Assembly (NCBI GenBank): GCA_000165425.1
Contig: CT868418.1
Location: 310,001-374,000, forward strand
Direction of reading: 5' to 3'
Length of the DNA: 64,000 bases
DNA from: Paramecium tetraurelia
Lineage: Eukaryota
Position 1 is the stretch's first letter. Every line of letters begins with the position of its first letter. Positions 28,214-40,881 of the stretch are shown piece after piece. Position numbers and translations under genes: made by a program. The notes under the pieces were generated by a model. The model did no database searches. It had not been told where the DNA came from and saw only the letters and a list, made by a program, of their open reading frames with translations.

Positions 28214-29599
28214 AAATAAATATCTAAATATGAATGATAAGAGAATTGATATGCCTCATAAAAGATATATAGAGAAAATCACAAGGGGTATTGGTTTTTA
28301 TTTAATCAAAATTATTGTGTTTGTAAAAAGTTAAAGCAAAAAACTTTCTCATTTGTCTCAAAATATTTTACAGATATTTATTGCTACAGACTATATTGTA
28401 TATTGCTAAAATATAGATGTAGTATTATAAAAAGTTGTATTTAAAAACAAATGCAAAATATTATGAAATAAATAAATATAAAGGAAAACTGTTATCAAGA
28501 AAAAAGATTTTAAATTTAAAAGTTGTAAATTATTTTAATATACAATTTGTATATAATTTGGCCATTAAAGATTTAGTTTGTTTCTTTGAATAGAAAAAGT
28601 CAGTAAAAATATTAAGATTATTTATTAAATTATTGTTATCATAATTTTCTTATGTTTTGGGAATGTCTTTTTTTATAACATTTACTAGCATTTTGAATTT
28701 TATTTTATATATTAAATGGTTATTTCACTTTAAGAAATGGATTGCATAATTTTAGGTGAATTGAAATATCAAGTGCATAAAGATTTATTTTTCCATTGCT
28801 CCTTTATAAAATAAAGAAGTTTAATAAATATTGATAAATTCAATTAACTATCATTATAAGTATAAAGTTTTTCATAATATATGTATTATTTCAAAATAAT
28901 GTAGATTAAAATTCACTAAGCAAACAGCAACTCTCCCACCCTATAGTTTCTTAATGTCAAGATCCTTTACTTTAAAAATAGAATTTTTGATAATTTAAGA
29001 TCATTTAAAAATTTGATGCCTAATCTTAATTGTTCAAATACTACGACTATTAAATTAATTGTTGCGATTAACTCTATTGCAATTGAGATAAAGTCTTCTA
29101 AGTAACAGGATGTTCTTTTCATAGTGGTTTTTTCTTAAATTGAAAGACATTTTATTATCGGAAAAGACTATTATTCATATTTTAGCATGTGACATTCAAA
29201 TTTTAAATCACAATTTAAATAAAATGAACCAAGACTTACTCGACTGTATCAATTTCCTTTTGAAGAAAGAAGATTATTAATTGAAGCCAAACACCTCGAA
29301 GGTCAATAAATTATGGTGGTTTTAATTCCTTAACATTTGGGCTGTTTGGAACATTTATTTAACAATAAGACTAAACTGCTCTCAGAGAAGTTTGGTTTTA
29401 AATAAAATTACAAGTAAACCATTTAATCATATTAAATTGATTAATTACCTCATCAAACAGACTTCCAACTTATATTTACCTTCTTTTCATATATAACAAA
29501 TTAAATATGAAAAATTAACCATATTTTTGCCATATATAAATCCAATACATTGAAAATTCGAACAATAAATTTTATTTTATTTTAAAAACAAGCATTTAA

Positions 29600-30449
29600 A
29601 TGACACCTACTCCAGTTCCTTCAAACAAGCCACTTCAAGAAAACCAACAACCATAATTCTAGCCAGCCCTCTTTAGATAACCCTAAACATACTAGCCTTT
29701 ATAGACAGTAGCCCCTATCTAGTATTAACCTTACAATGCCCCTTTGGCATATAGTGTTGCCGCACCTGTTTAACCTGTTGTTTAATAGATTGTTGCTCCT
29801 CAACCAATATTGGCTCAATCTTACCTACCTTAACCTGTATAACAATCAGTTCATGTATTAATTTTTAAATGAAAATAGTAAACCATCAAGGGAGAATCAA
29901 GAATTGAATATATCCCTTATTAGAGAGCAATAACTGAGTACGAAGAATAAGAAGTTGTGCAATATGTTCCAAGGGAAAGAAAAGTGACTGAATATTACAC
30001 TGTTGAATATCAAACTGAATACATTCCTTAGGTTTTCTAAGAGAAATATACAGGTATTTTTAATTCACACTATTTTAGAATATGTACCTGTTGACAGATA
30101 TTAGGAAAGAGTTGAATACTATCCAGTTGAAAGATAAGTGGTACATTAATAAGTTGCCTAATAACCCGTTTAAGTTGCTTAATAACCAATTCAGGTTGTA
30201 TAATAACCAGTTTAAATGTATTAATAACAAGTTCAGGTTGTTTAATAACCAATTTAAGTTGTTTAATAACCAGGTTAAGTGTATTAATAACCAGTTTAAA
30301 CCGTTCCATTAGCATATGGCCAGTAATATGCTTCCCCTATCATTTCTTCCAGATTGATCCCAGGCTATCAACCTTAATAATATTTACCAGCTCCTTAAAT
30401 AGTATAACCATAAGTTCCGCCCAAATATAATTTAAATAGCAATATCTGA
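29600..30449 (+). CDS. Epiplasmin (Paramecium membrane-skeleton protein)
   Basis: P/V/Q/Y-rich flanks around the central KGESRIEYIPYQRAITEYEE...YVPRERKVTEYYTVEYQTEYIPQV...EYVPVDRYQERVEYYPVERQVV. Confidence 0.85.
30145..30300 (+). repeat. ~7 imperfect 21-nt tandem repeats (QQPVQVV-type)
   Basis: taataacc(a/c)gtttaagttg(t/c)t-like unit repeated in the epiplasmin C-terminus. Confidence 0.85.
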
Positions 30450-30576
30450 GATAGGAATTTATTTAAAATTTAAATAAAATTAATTTAATATTTTCTTTAA
30501 GTAGATTTTAAGTCCCCCAGATTATATTAGAATATTACTATTATTAATAAAAATGCAATTGTATATTTTTTCAAAA

Positions 30577-33307
30577 TCAAATTTCTGGCCAGAAAGGCTT
30601 GTTTGATGCAGTGTTCGTCCTTATTTCATCGTTTGTAATTAGAGATTCCATCTTTTGTAAAGTCTATGGAGCATCTGATTATTGTCCATCAATTTTGAAG
30701 ACCATCCAAGTTAAATCTAATTTATCCATTTGAAGATTGATATCTAGGTTAATTAAGATAATACTTTAGGGTAATCTGAATTCAATTAAAGGGTAGTTTA
30801 ATTCACTCAAATATACAGTTATATGAGGATCTGCATCAATCCATTGTTAGCTAACCACTGAATTCGTTAAAAGATCTAAAGCTTCATTCCTAGTCAGAAA
30901 TCTTTTCACAAATATTGTATAGACTTATGGCTCTAATTGATAGATATCAAGCACTTCTATATGTTGATCGTTTTTAGAAAAAGTTGTCAATTACATTCCT
31001 CCACATGATTTAGATAGGGCTCCAGTTAAACAAGGGTGTTCTCCCACTTTAAACACACCATATAAATCAAGATTGAGATTCTTTGATGTCCATTCCAATA
31101 ATATACGGACTGAATGTTTAGGTATGCTCTTTGTTAACCTAAATACATATTTGGTTTTTGGCACTCTTCTCTAGAGATCAAGAACAGAACATGATTTCTT
31201 AAACCCTTTACATATATTATATTATCAATACCTGATTTATAGACTAAAACTGTGTATGAGTATCCTTAACTCAAGTTGTTAACCACTACATTTCCTTGCT
31301 CATCTGTTTTTAGTTCATGCAAGTTGTTTTCTAATTGTCGTATAATTTGGCATGATTATGATAAGAATTTACCTTCATAGACTTCAACAAGCTAATATAA
31401 TACTCAATTTTTACGGTGTCAGCAATAGGTGTAAAATCAGCAGAATTTTCAATTGTGATTTAAACATTGTAGAATTAAAATGCTTAATCTCCTACCTGTT
31501 ACTGTTCCTTGCTTAAAGCTTACAACATTCTATTATGTTATTAAGGAATTTCATAATATTCAATAATGAAATCGAAATCTGCACTAAGTGGATTATCTGA
31601 ACAATAATGGAGATTATTATTAAAGAATTTTTCAGCCTCCTCCAAATCTCCTTAAATAATAATGGCATCAAAGGGTTGAGTCAATGATGAGAATATGGCT
31701 TTGGTTATTTCATCATCTATGATTATTTTTAGTTTCTCATTGTTGAATTCTTTTAAAGCAACAAATTATCCATTAGTTCCAGATATGGCTAGAGTAATTC
31801 TAATTATTTTTATGGTTTTACCCCTTCAAATTTTCTGTGGATTTAAATGCGATCTTTTGGATCATAACTGAAGATATAGGTTCGCAACTTTATAGATTGT
31901 AAAACCCAACCAATTTTTCTTATTTGTCGAAATTCTTGTAGATGGGTGTTGGCAGAACTGTGATCTCATTCAACATGGCTTCCTATCTATATTATTCGCT
32001 ATAAATAGATACTTGACAAGTGAATGCTGGACATTTACAGATAATTCAGGGGTAATGTTATACGCCACAACTACTAAGATTGCTAAGAGAACAAGGATGA
32101 TGAAAACCATTGCATCTCCTACTACATGCATTCTAAATTTCTTGTATGATCCTTCAGATAACATTGCAGTGTTAAAAGATTATACAATTCCAACCATAAT
32201 TATAAGGTTAAGCCATATGGTTAGACTATTGATTGGATTAAAGACATATTCTTTGACAGAATTACAACATTTCAAATTAATGCATCCCAATTTATTATTT
32301 TTTGCATTGCCTTCCCATTAATAGCTTTACACATCCTATTCACATGGAAGATATGGTGATAATTCTAAGTCAAAATACTTTTCTGAACACTCCAACTAAT
32401 CATTTAAGCTCTTCTCCGAAATGGATTACATTGCAAACTTACAACCTTAGTTTGTTGAAAGTTCAACTTCCAATTCTTGTACTCTTCTAACAAGTAAACC
32501 ATTAATACAACATGCTAAAATACAAATACTTAAGATAAGAAATGCAAGTGTCACAAAGTAAATTTTGATTCTTTTTAAATTGAACATAGCAACAATCAAC
32601 GTTGTGATAAATAAAACAAATAAAACTAATTTGACTAGAGTTATTTCTACATTAGTTGTTGAGATTTAATAGAGTTATGAGTTTATTTATAGCATAACCT
32701 AAGATAGATTTCTAAAATAAAGTTACTTATTTAAGACTGAATGAGGCAAATATCAAAAATAAAAGATTTACAACAGATGTTCCATAAACAACTAATCTTT
32801 GGATACCGTATTCTCTAATGTTGAATTGTCGACTCACATTTGCCATGTATAATAATAGAAATATTTCAAGTATCTAGATTGGCAAAACTAATAAAAATTG
32901 ATTGTAGGAATCGTATTCGATCAAACTCAACACAAGTCCACTCTCAATGGCACAAACCAATTAAGTAAATAGGGAATGAAGGTATGGTATGGTGTTATTA
33001 TGATATCCATCTGGAGAATCCATGACTTCATTACCAATAGCTTTGGATGTAAGACTCCAGTACAGAGAAAATATGCATGTGAATAAAACTGCTATCTTAA
33101 ATTAGAGGAAGTGATTACATTATTGATTCCTATTATCAAGAATTCAGTCAAGCCATTAAAGGCATACCAGATGAATCCTATAACAACACTACACAATGCT
33201 AATACAATGCACAATGGAGCTATTATTTTAAGTGATGCCAGACTCCTCATCTACACTTGAGGAGAATATACATAATGAAGTCCTGTGGGCACATTTTTGT
33301 TATTCAT
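30577..33307 (-). CDS. Multi-pass membrane protein with Cys-rich loop and large C-terminal beta-rich region
   Basis: MNNKNVPTGLHY... with about 9 hydrophobic segments, loop C..C.EKY..C..WE..GCINLKCC, and later VRILLEWTSKNLNLDLY. Several tiny introns. Confidence 0.75.
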
Positions 33308-33594
33308 AACGATTATATAAAATATTAATTATCATTCAAAATATATATATTACTTTAAATTTTCTAATTGGTCTCTCAATAATTGGTAAGCATCCTTAGT
33401 GAATAACAATTCCAAGCAATAAGAAGTATGTATAAATTATTACATATGAAGATTTGAGTTGGCAGATTCAATAAATAGAGAAATTTAGAATATTGTAATT
33501 GATTTGAAGGTGTGTCATTATATGAGTGTCACCTAAGTATTTAAAACTATTATTAAATGTTAAGTTCATGATTATTTTTAATAAGATAATATAA

Positions 33595-35356
33595 ATGATG
33601 CATTATAGATCCTTATTCCGATTTTCCCATTATCCTGTTCTCCAATCCTTATGCGATCGTGCTGATCCCAGTCTATTAGCCAATTTCGAGTTGATGAAAC
33701 AAAGCAATGAGAGATTCCTGAATATCACCAACAAGGTGATCAATTATGGTGGGACCGTGGCTCATCAAAAATTGGCAGAAAGAAACAAAGTAGAAATCCT
33801 TATTGATGTTTAGTTTCCTGTCAGAGAAAGAATCACCAGATTACTGGATGTCGGATCTCCATTCTTGGAATTATCTCAATTAGCAGGATATGAATTATAC
33901 GGAAAGGAAGAAGTGCCAAGTGGAGGTTAAGTATATTACAATAGTAGGAATCGTAACTGGCATAGGATTAATTAATAAGAGATTCTGTATGATAGTGGCA
34001 AATGATCCAACAATAAAGGGAGGCACCTATTATCCAATTACAGTGAAGAAGCATGTCAGAGCCTAGGAGATTGCTTGGGAAAATAAATTGCCATGTGTCT
34101 ATTTGGTAGATTCTGGTGGTGCTAAGTAATTATACATCAATAATTAAGCTTGATGCGATAAGACGAAGTATTTCCAGACAGAGATCACTTTGGCAGAATT
34201 TTTTATAATCAAGCCAATATGTCTGCATAAGGCATTCCTTAAATCAGTATAGTGCTTGGTTCATGTACAGCTGGAGGTGCTTAGTAAGATCATGCATTTA
34301 AGTTTTAGTGTCCCTGCAATGAGCGATGAGAATGTCATTGTAAGTGGAAATGGAACCATCTTTTTAGGAGGTCCTCCTTTAGTGAAAGCAGCTACTGGTG
34401 AAGTGGTATCTGCAGAAGACTTAGGAGGAGCTAGAGTGCATAGCTTCATTAGTGGATTGACTGATCACTTTTGCACTTCTGAATTAGAAGCTTTATAAAA
34501 AGGTAGATCAATTATAAAGAATCTAACAACTAAATAGGTAGGTGATATTAGAGATGACTAACCACTCTATGATATCGAAGATCTAAACTATTTGATGAGC
34601 AGCGATCTCAAAAAGACTATGGATAGTCGTCATCTTATTGCACGCATTTTAGATGGATCAAGATTTATGGAGTTTAAGGAGAACTATGGTACTACACTTA
34701 TTACAGGATTTGGGGAATTGTATGGCTAAGAGGTAGGAATTATTGCAAATAATGGAATCTTGTTCAGTGAATCAGCCTTAAAAGGAGCACACTTTGTGAA
34801 CTTATGCTAATAAAGGGGAGTGCCTTTGATTTTCTTATAAAATATTACAGGATTCATGGTGGGTAGAAAATATGAGACAGAAGGCATTGCTAAACATGGA
34901 GCTAAAATGGTTAATGCTGTAGCTACTGCAACTGTTCCCAAATTGACTTTACTTTTTGGTGGAAGCTTTGGAGCTGGTAACTATGGTATGTGTGGAAGAG
35001 CTTATGGAGCCAAATTCTTATTCTCATGGCCTAGTAGTAGAATCTCTGTTATGGGTGGTGATTAGGTATTATCAATATATCGAATATATTAGGCAGCTGG
35101 AGTGTTAACATCTGTATAATAGTAAACCATTGTTAGAAATGGAGGAGAGTGGAATGAAAAGGTCGAGAAAGATTTAAAATAGAAATATTCCTAGAAATAT
35201 GACAATGAATCTAGTGCATATTATGCGACTGCTCGATTATGGGATGACGGGATCATTTTACCAACTTAGACCAGATAAACATTAGGATTGGCACTTTTAA
35301 CTAGTATGCAACATTATAAGTACGAAAGAACAGGTCATGGTGTTTTTAGAATGTGA
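33595..35356 (+). CDS. MCCC2: Methylcrotonoyl-CoA carboxylase beta subunit
   Basis: [90 protein letters not shown]. Confidence 0.97.
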
Positions 35357-36606
35357 ATATATGGAATATTTAAAATAATTTATTAAATAGAACCTATTCA
35401 AACTTTATTCAGATTACTATCTTTGAAAATAAGTTGACCTTACTCACCAACTTCATCAAAACTAGCATCTAAATTTTTAATCTAAATATATATTGTAAGC
35501 TTATATATATATATGTGTAAATTAATTAAAATCCTTGTACTAAATTATTTTTATTTCTAATAAAATATAATTGCTTTAACTTAATATTCATTAATTTAAG
35601 AAAATGGCTAATGTTTAATTCTTATCATTACAGTATTATCCTATTTGCATGTGTAGGGAACTCAAATATTACTCCTCATTCATCATATTTCTAAGAAAAT
35701 GTTGTGATCATCCAGTCCCGCCTTTTTATTTGAAACATGCTTTATCTGCTTCACTCAAGGTGATTCTTGAGTAATAAAGTTCACAATAAAGATGTTTAAA
35801 GATGAGCTAATTAATTAAAGAGAAACCAGATCATAATAAATTAAGAATTATCCAAAATAATAAAAAAATGAAACTAAATATGATCTAAAAATACCTATTT
35901 TATGTTTAAGGGCGTCATAATTTCTCATTTTAACATAAATTAAACAATTATTTTAAAAAATAGACAAAGTTCAAACCTCTATCTATGAATAATTTAAATT
36001 GGATATATAAATTAATTTCCAAGTACTTTACCCATTCTTTCAAAACTCAGTTATGGAATTTCATCAAAATTCTTTTAACTTGCAAACAAAGAGTGAGTCT
36101 GTAATAGCAAATAATATGTTATTATTTAAAAATAAAAGATTTAATTTCCGGTATAATTAATACTTTTAATAAAATTTGACTAATTTTCAGTATATCATAT
36201 TTTTCTTTTGTTTTGAGAAGTATGAATCTGTAAAGATTTTTCTGGGCTTAAATATGAATTTTATTGATTTATTAATATTAAATGGGATGATTACAAGAAA
36301 TATACAAAATCACATTTTAACTTGAGTATTTTTATTTATTAATATAATAAGAGACACTCCTTTTCTAATCTAAGTCCTATTTTATAGGTTAAATTAAGAC
36401 TTGATTTTATAATTGAATAATAACACTGAATGTAATTCAATTTTAGTCTATCAAATATTTGTAGAATTAGAATGGCTATATTGCCATATCTGTGGATTCG
36501 TATTATAGAGAATAATACATAAGTTCTATAAATATTTATACACTTTAATGATTGAGTATTTTTAAATAAATAAATAAATAAAAAGAAATAAAATATAGTT
36601 TAAAGA

Positions 36607-37469
36607 ATGAGCTTAAGAAGAATGAGAAGTGGAGGCGTGCATGCGGATTCCGAATAAGATTTTTTAAATGTATTCAAATGAGATTATAATTTAATTAGAA
36701 AATTGGTAAATTGGAAAAATAACAAAAAAAAAGAACTTATGTTGAAGAAACTGAAACCTTTGAGGGATTTATTATGAATTCTCAATTTACCTTTGACTGT
36801 TTTGGAGGAAATCAAATCTTAAAGACAATTTAACAATCTCATTTCATACTAATTATGATAGATGATTTCGCTTTAAGTCCAAAGAGACTATAAAATATGA
36901 TCGAAAACAGTAAGCTCTTTTTGTTCATATATGTTAGTAGATAATTGCGAAACACTGACGCAAAGCACAAATGATGATTCATTCGTTTGGAGTTCTTAAC
37001 CGATGAATTATGACTGCGTTGTACACAACTACACTGTAGGCTAAGTCAATCACTTGTTCAATATATGGTTAATTAATACACCCACTATGAATTCAACGTT
37101 TAAATGTACCCTTTACAGCTAACTATTTGTTTAGATTGCTATTTTCGATTTTTTGAAGCATTTATATGTGTAAATAACGAAGGAAGTGAAATTTTCAAAG
37201 GAATCTACAATGAAATGCGCACTTATAATGAGAAGGTTCAGCAATTTCATATAAAAGAAAATGATGAAGTAATCAAATTTGGAATAACTAGGTTTCCCCG
37301 GATCGCAAATTAATTAATAATTTTTAATAAATTATAAAAAGTTTAATTGATTCGACAACGAAATGACGAAAGCTTATATGATGATATATATCTTGTTTAT
37401 TGTTTATGTTTAATATATAAAAATCCTTAAAATATACATATATAAAAAAAGAATTTCACCAAAAAATGA
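36607..37469 (+). CDS. Hypothetical protein
   Basis: MSLRRMRSGGVHADSE... with plausible tiny introns (~36670, ~36910). 3' end uncertain. Confidence 0.4.
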
Positions 37470-37508
37470 GTAATATTGTAATGATTATTAATTTAATTAT
37501 TAAATAAT

Positions 37509-37826
37509 ATGGCTGATCAATCATAGGCTGAATATTTGAACTTAAAAGTTAAGTCTCAAGATGGAGAAGAGGTGTTCTTTAAAATCAAAAAATAAACTCA
37601 ATTCAAGAAGTTGATGGATGCTTATTGCTCAAGACAGAATGTAAGTATGAACTAAATATTTTAGCTTCAAATCTAAAATGTGAGATTCCTTTTTGATGGA
37701 GAAAGAATTTTGGAGACACAAACTCCAGCTGATGTCTGAATATATGATATATATTAGATTGGAATGGAAACAGGAGATGAAATTGATGTGGTTATTGAGT
37801 AAGTCGGAGGTATGAAATGTGTATGA
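37509..37826 (+). CDS. SUMO: Small ubiquitin-like modifier SUMO
   Basis: [89 protein letters not shown]. Two tiny introns. Confidence 0.97.
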
Positions 37827-39057
37827 ATAAACATACACATCCCTCATATATATCTTATGCATGTTTTCTTCATGTGCATAGTATTTGCAGTCTTTGCCGA
37901 TTGTTATTTTGTGTATTAAGTACAATAATTTGTTATTAGTTAATGTGGTATTATCACAAATTAGATTATACTCATTATGAACTCAATCATAAATATTACT
38001 GTTTATTCTTTATCAAATGTACACACATCAATTAATCCTCACATTTTAATAAAACCTAATAGTAATGCTACATAGAACGTAGAGTACTATTTATATTCTT
38101 TTGAAGATATTAAAAATCAGGACTTCATAATTGTTTTCCCCTTCTTATTGGCATTGTTCTCTCATCACTGAAACAATTATTTTATTTTAAGATTCTAATA
38201 TATTAACCATAAACATTCTGAATGATAAATTTCACTTTGCAATATATTCATGATATGCATGCAGTATTTTTGGATAAAACTTAATGGAAATAGCAATAAT
38301 CAGTATAAATTATTATTTAAATTCAATTTAAATGAAAAGCATTATATATTTTTATTTTTAAGCCAAGATATCGTCAAGAATATTCAAACTATCAAAAGTT
38401 CATTTAATAAAATATCATGAATTAATCAAACTAGTGTTGTAATTTTATTTCGTTTAATAAAATGATGTAATATTCTGACAATATCATGATTTAATCAACC
38501 TTATAATCTGCTCTTACTATTATTTTGATTTATATTGGTTTATCAAAAATACATTTACAAAGTTAAATCAATATTTTTATTAAGGAAATCATAGAAATAA
38601 TTTTGACCTATGTATTTACATAACTAACTTAGATAAAACCTTAGGCTTTTTCAGATAATATTCTAAAAGGTTCAGTTGATAGATAGCCAGAATACAAGAA
38701 GCTCATTAAGATAGCCAGATTACAAGAATCTCACATTAATATTGTTGAATAATTAATAAAATGAATATAGAATCATAGTATTAATAAGAATAAAAGATAT
38801 TGAGAAAATTTGAAATGAATTCATTAATAAGTACTTTTAGAAATGTCAAGTCTAACATTTTCACTAATTTTAGCTACTATAAATTTATTATTAATAAGCA
38901 ATATTTGATAGTTTTCGTGAATTTGACAGTAGTATTTGAGAACCTAGCTTGATCTTTTGGAGTTGAATTATAAAAAGAAAAATGCATGAGAACTGACTAA
39001 TGTCACTTTTTGGGCATTGATTATTTATTATTTATAATAAATTCATAATTTAATTTA

Positions 39058-39602
39058 ATGCAAACATAACCTGGAGTACTAGATTTATCAGCCTATAACT
39101 TACCTAAAAGTGATTCTCTTTCAATAAGAATACAAGAGAACTTCTCTCTTTATGGAGTGAGATATGCTTAGTTAGTTGTTGTGGCCATTGCAATCGGAGG
39201 GTACACTAAATATAGATTTTAGACTTACTAATTTTGCAGTTCTGCTTGCACTACTTCTAAGTTATTTAGGGTAATATTTTTTATTAAAATGAAGATGGGC
39301 ATTTATAATGAAATAAAGTTCTATTTTAGATTTCCTACCTGATTTAGGATTTGTCAATACTCAAGACAAAAAAATGATACTTTTACTTCTATGTAAATGA
39401 ATAGCATTAATCTTAGTTAATATTTTACTTATTTTGGGCGATTTCAGGTCCTCAAATATTGACTTATGTGGGTCTTGGATGTTTAATTGTAATTGTGCAT
39501 GCATCATTATGGAAAAGTCCATCAACTTTACCTGGATAAGACATTTAATCAGAGTTCGATAAAGTGTTAATGTAAAATGATGTTGAATTAATTAATCATT
39601 GA
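39058..39602 (+). CDS. PRA1 (prenylated Rab acceptor)-like membrane protein
   Basis: RIQENFSLYGVRY, hydrophobic hairpins, LIVIVHASLW. Several tiny introns. Confidence 0.7.
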
Positions 39603-40881
39603 AGTATATAGATCATAATATTATATCACTAATCATATTTCCATTTACAACTTTCCTATTTTTAAATATAAGCATAAGAAAAATCTGATAAATCAACTTA
39701 ATTCAATTCTATTTCATTATCATAGTTCCTAACAGTACCATCTTTTCGACCAAAAATTAAATATTAATTAAATTATATAAACCAAATACTATTACATTCT
39801 ATTGAGATAATATTTAAACCTTGAATTTAATTTCTGATAACATTTTAGGAGTACATAATTGGATACGACTTAATTAGTTTGTAAATAGTATTATTAAATT
39901 AATTTTATAAATAATTATCCATAAAGTTCAATAATTCAATTTATTCTTAATTATTATTTCTAATTTTTTCAATAAAGCAATATAATAACTATAGTAAAAG
40001 TACTATAATACACATTCATATCATTTTTAAATTGGGCAACTTCAAGCTATCGCTCTTCTTTAATTGCTTGATGGATTTTAATTTTACATAAACCAGCGCA
40101 ATAAAATAAAAAATATTAAAACTGCTAATAAATAAATATCTTTATAATATCTGGCCTGCAAGAATATTCAAATAAGCACACAATACTTCCTATCCTCATG
40201 GAATTTTGTTTTCATTTTTACAGTTGCTGTTGTTTTTTAATTTCCAAAATAAATCTAATTGCAACATTTGACTTTAATTTTGTAAGAATATGCCTTTAGA
40301 ATATACTTATAACATTAATATCATCTGAATTTCTGTTAAAAAATTGCAGCATTTTCAATAAATAATTTTAGTTGACTTAAAATTATTAACTGCTATTTGT
40401 GTTAAAATTAATATTTGTTTGAAATAAATAATTCCACTAGTAAATAATAAAATCTTCTTCTTTATTCCACACATTTTATTGCACAAAGAAATCATTATCT
40501 ATATCTCTGTTAATTCCTCTAACAAATTGATTATAAATTTTATTCAATTTATTAATAATGTAATAGACAATTCCGAAATATACTAGCCATTAGTTTATTC
40601 TTATATGATAATTTAAGCACATCCTTTTTACAGGATTCTCTGATCCCTATCAGTACATCTGTAAGTTAAATTTCATGGATTAAGTGGTAATATACTTGCA
40701 GAAAGGTATCTTTGGGATAACAATTTCAATGATTCTCCCTGCCTACTGACTTCAACTATTTTGCCATTCAAATTCCTACTTAATCGTTCATCTTCTTTCC
40801 AGAGTTATTGATTTTATTTAAAATGCCTAAGATGAATTTTGATTTAATTTAAATTTGTAATTATAATATTAATATTATATA

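Noticed and set aside
28899..29226. ~108-codon code-6 ORF
   Set aside because: Composition resembles translated AT-rich non-coding DNA, with no motif or paralog.
30070..30315. Repetitive standard-code ORFs on both strands
   Set aside because: Alternative frames of the epiplasmin 21-nt repeat.
30577..33307. Choline transporter-like (SLC44) assignment
   Set aside because: Full translation showed no SLC44 motifs, and the Cys-loop arrangement differs.
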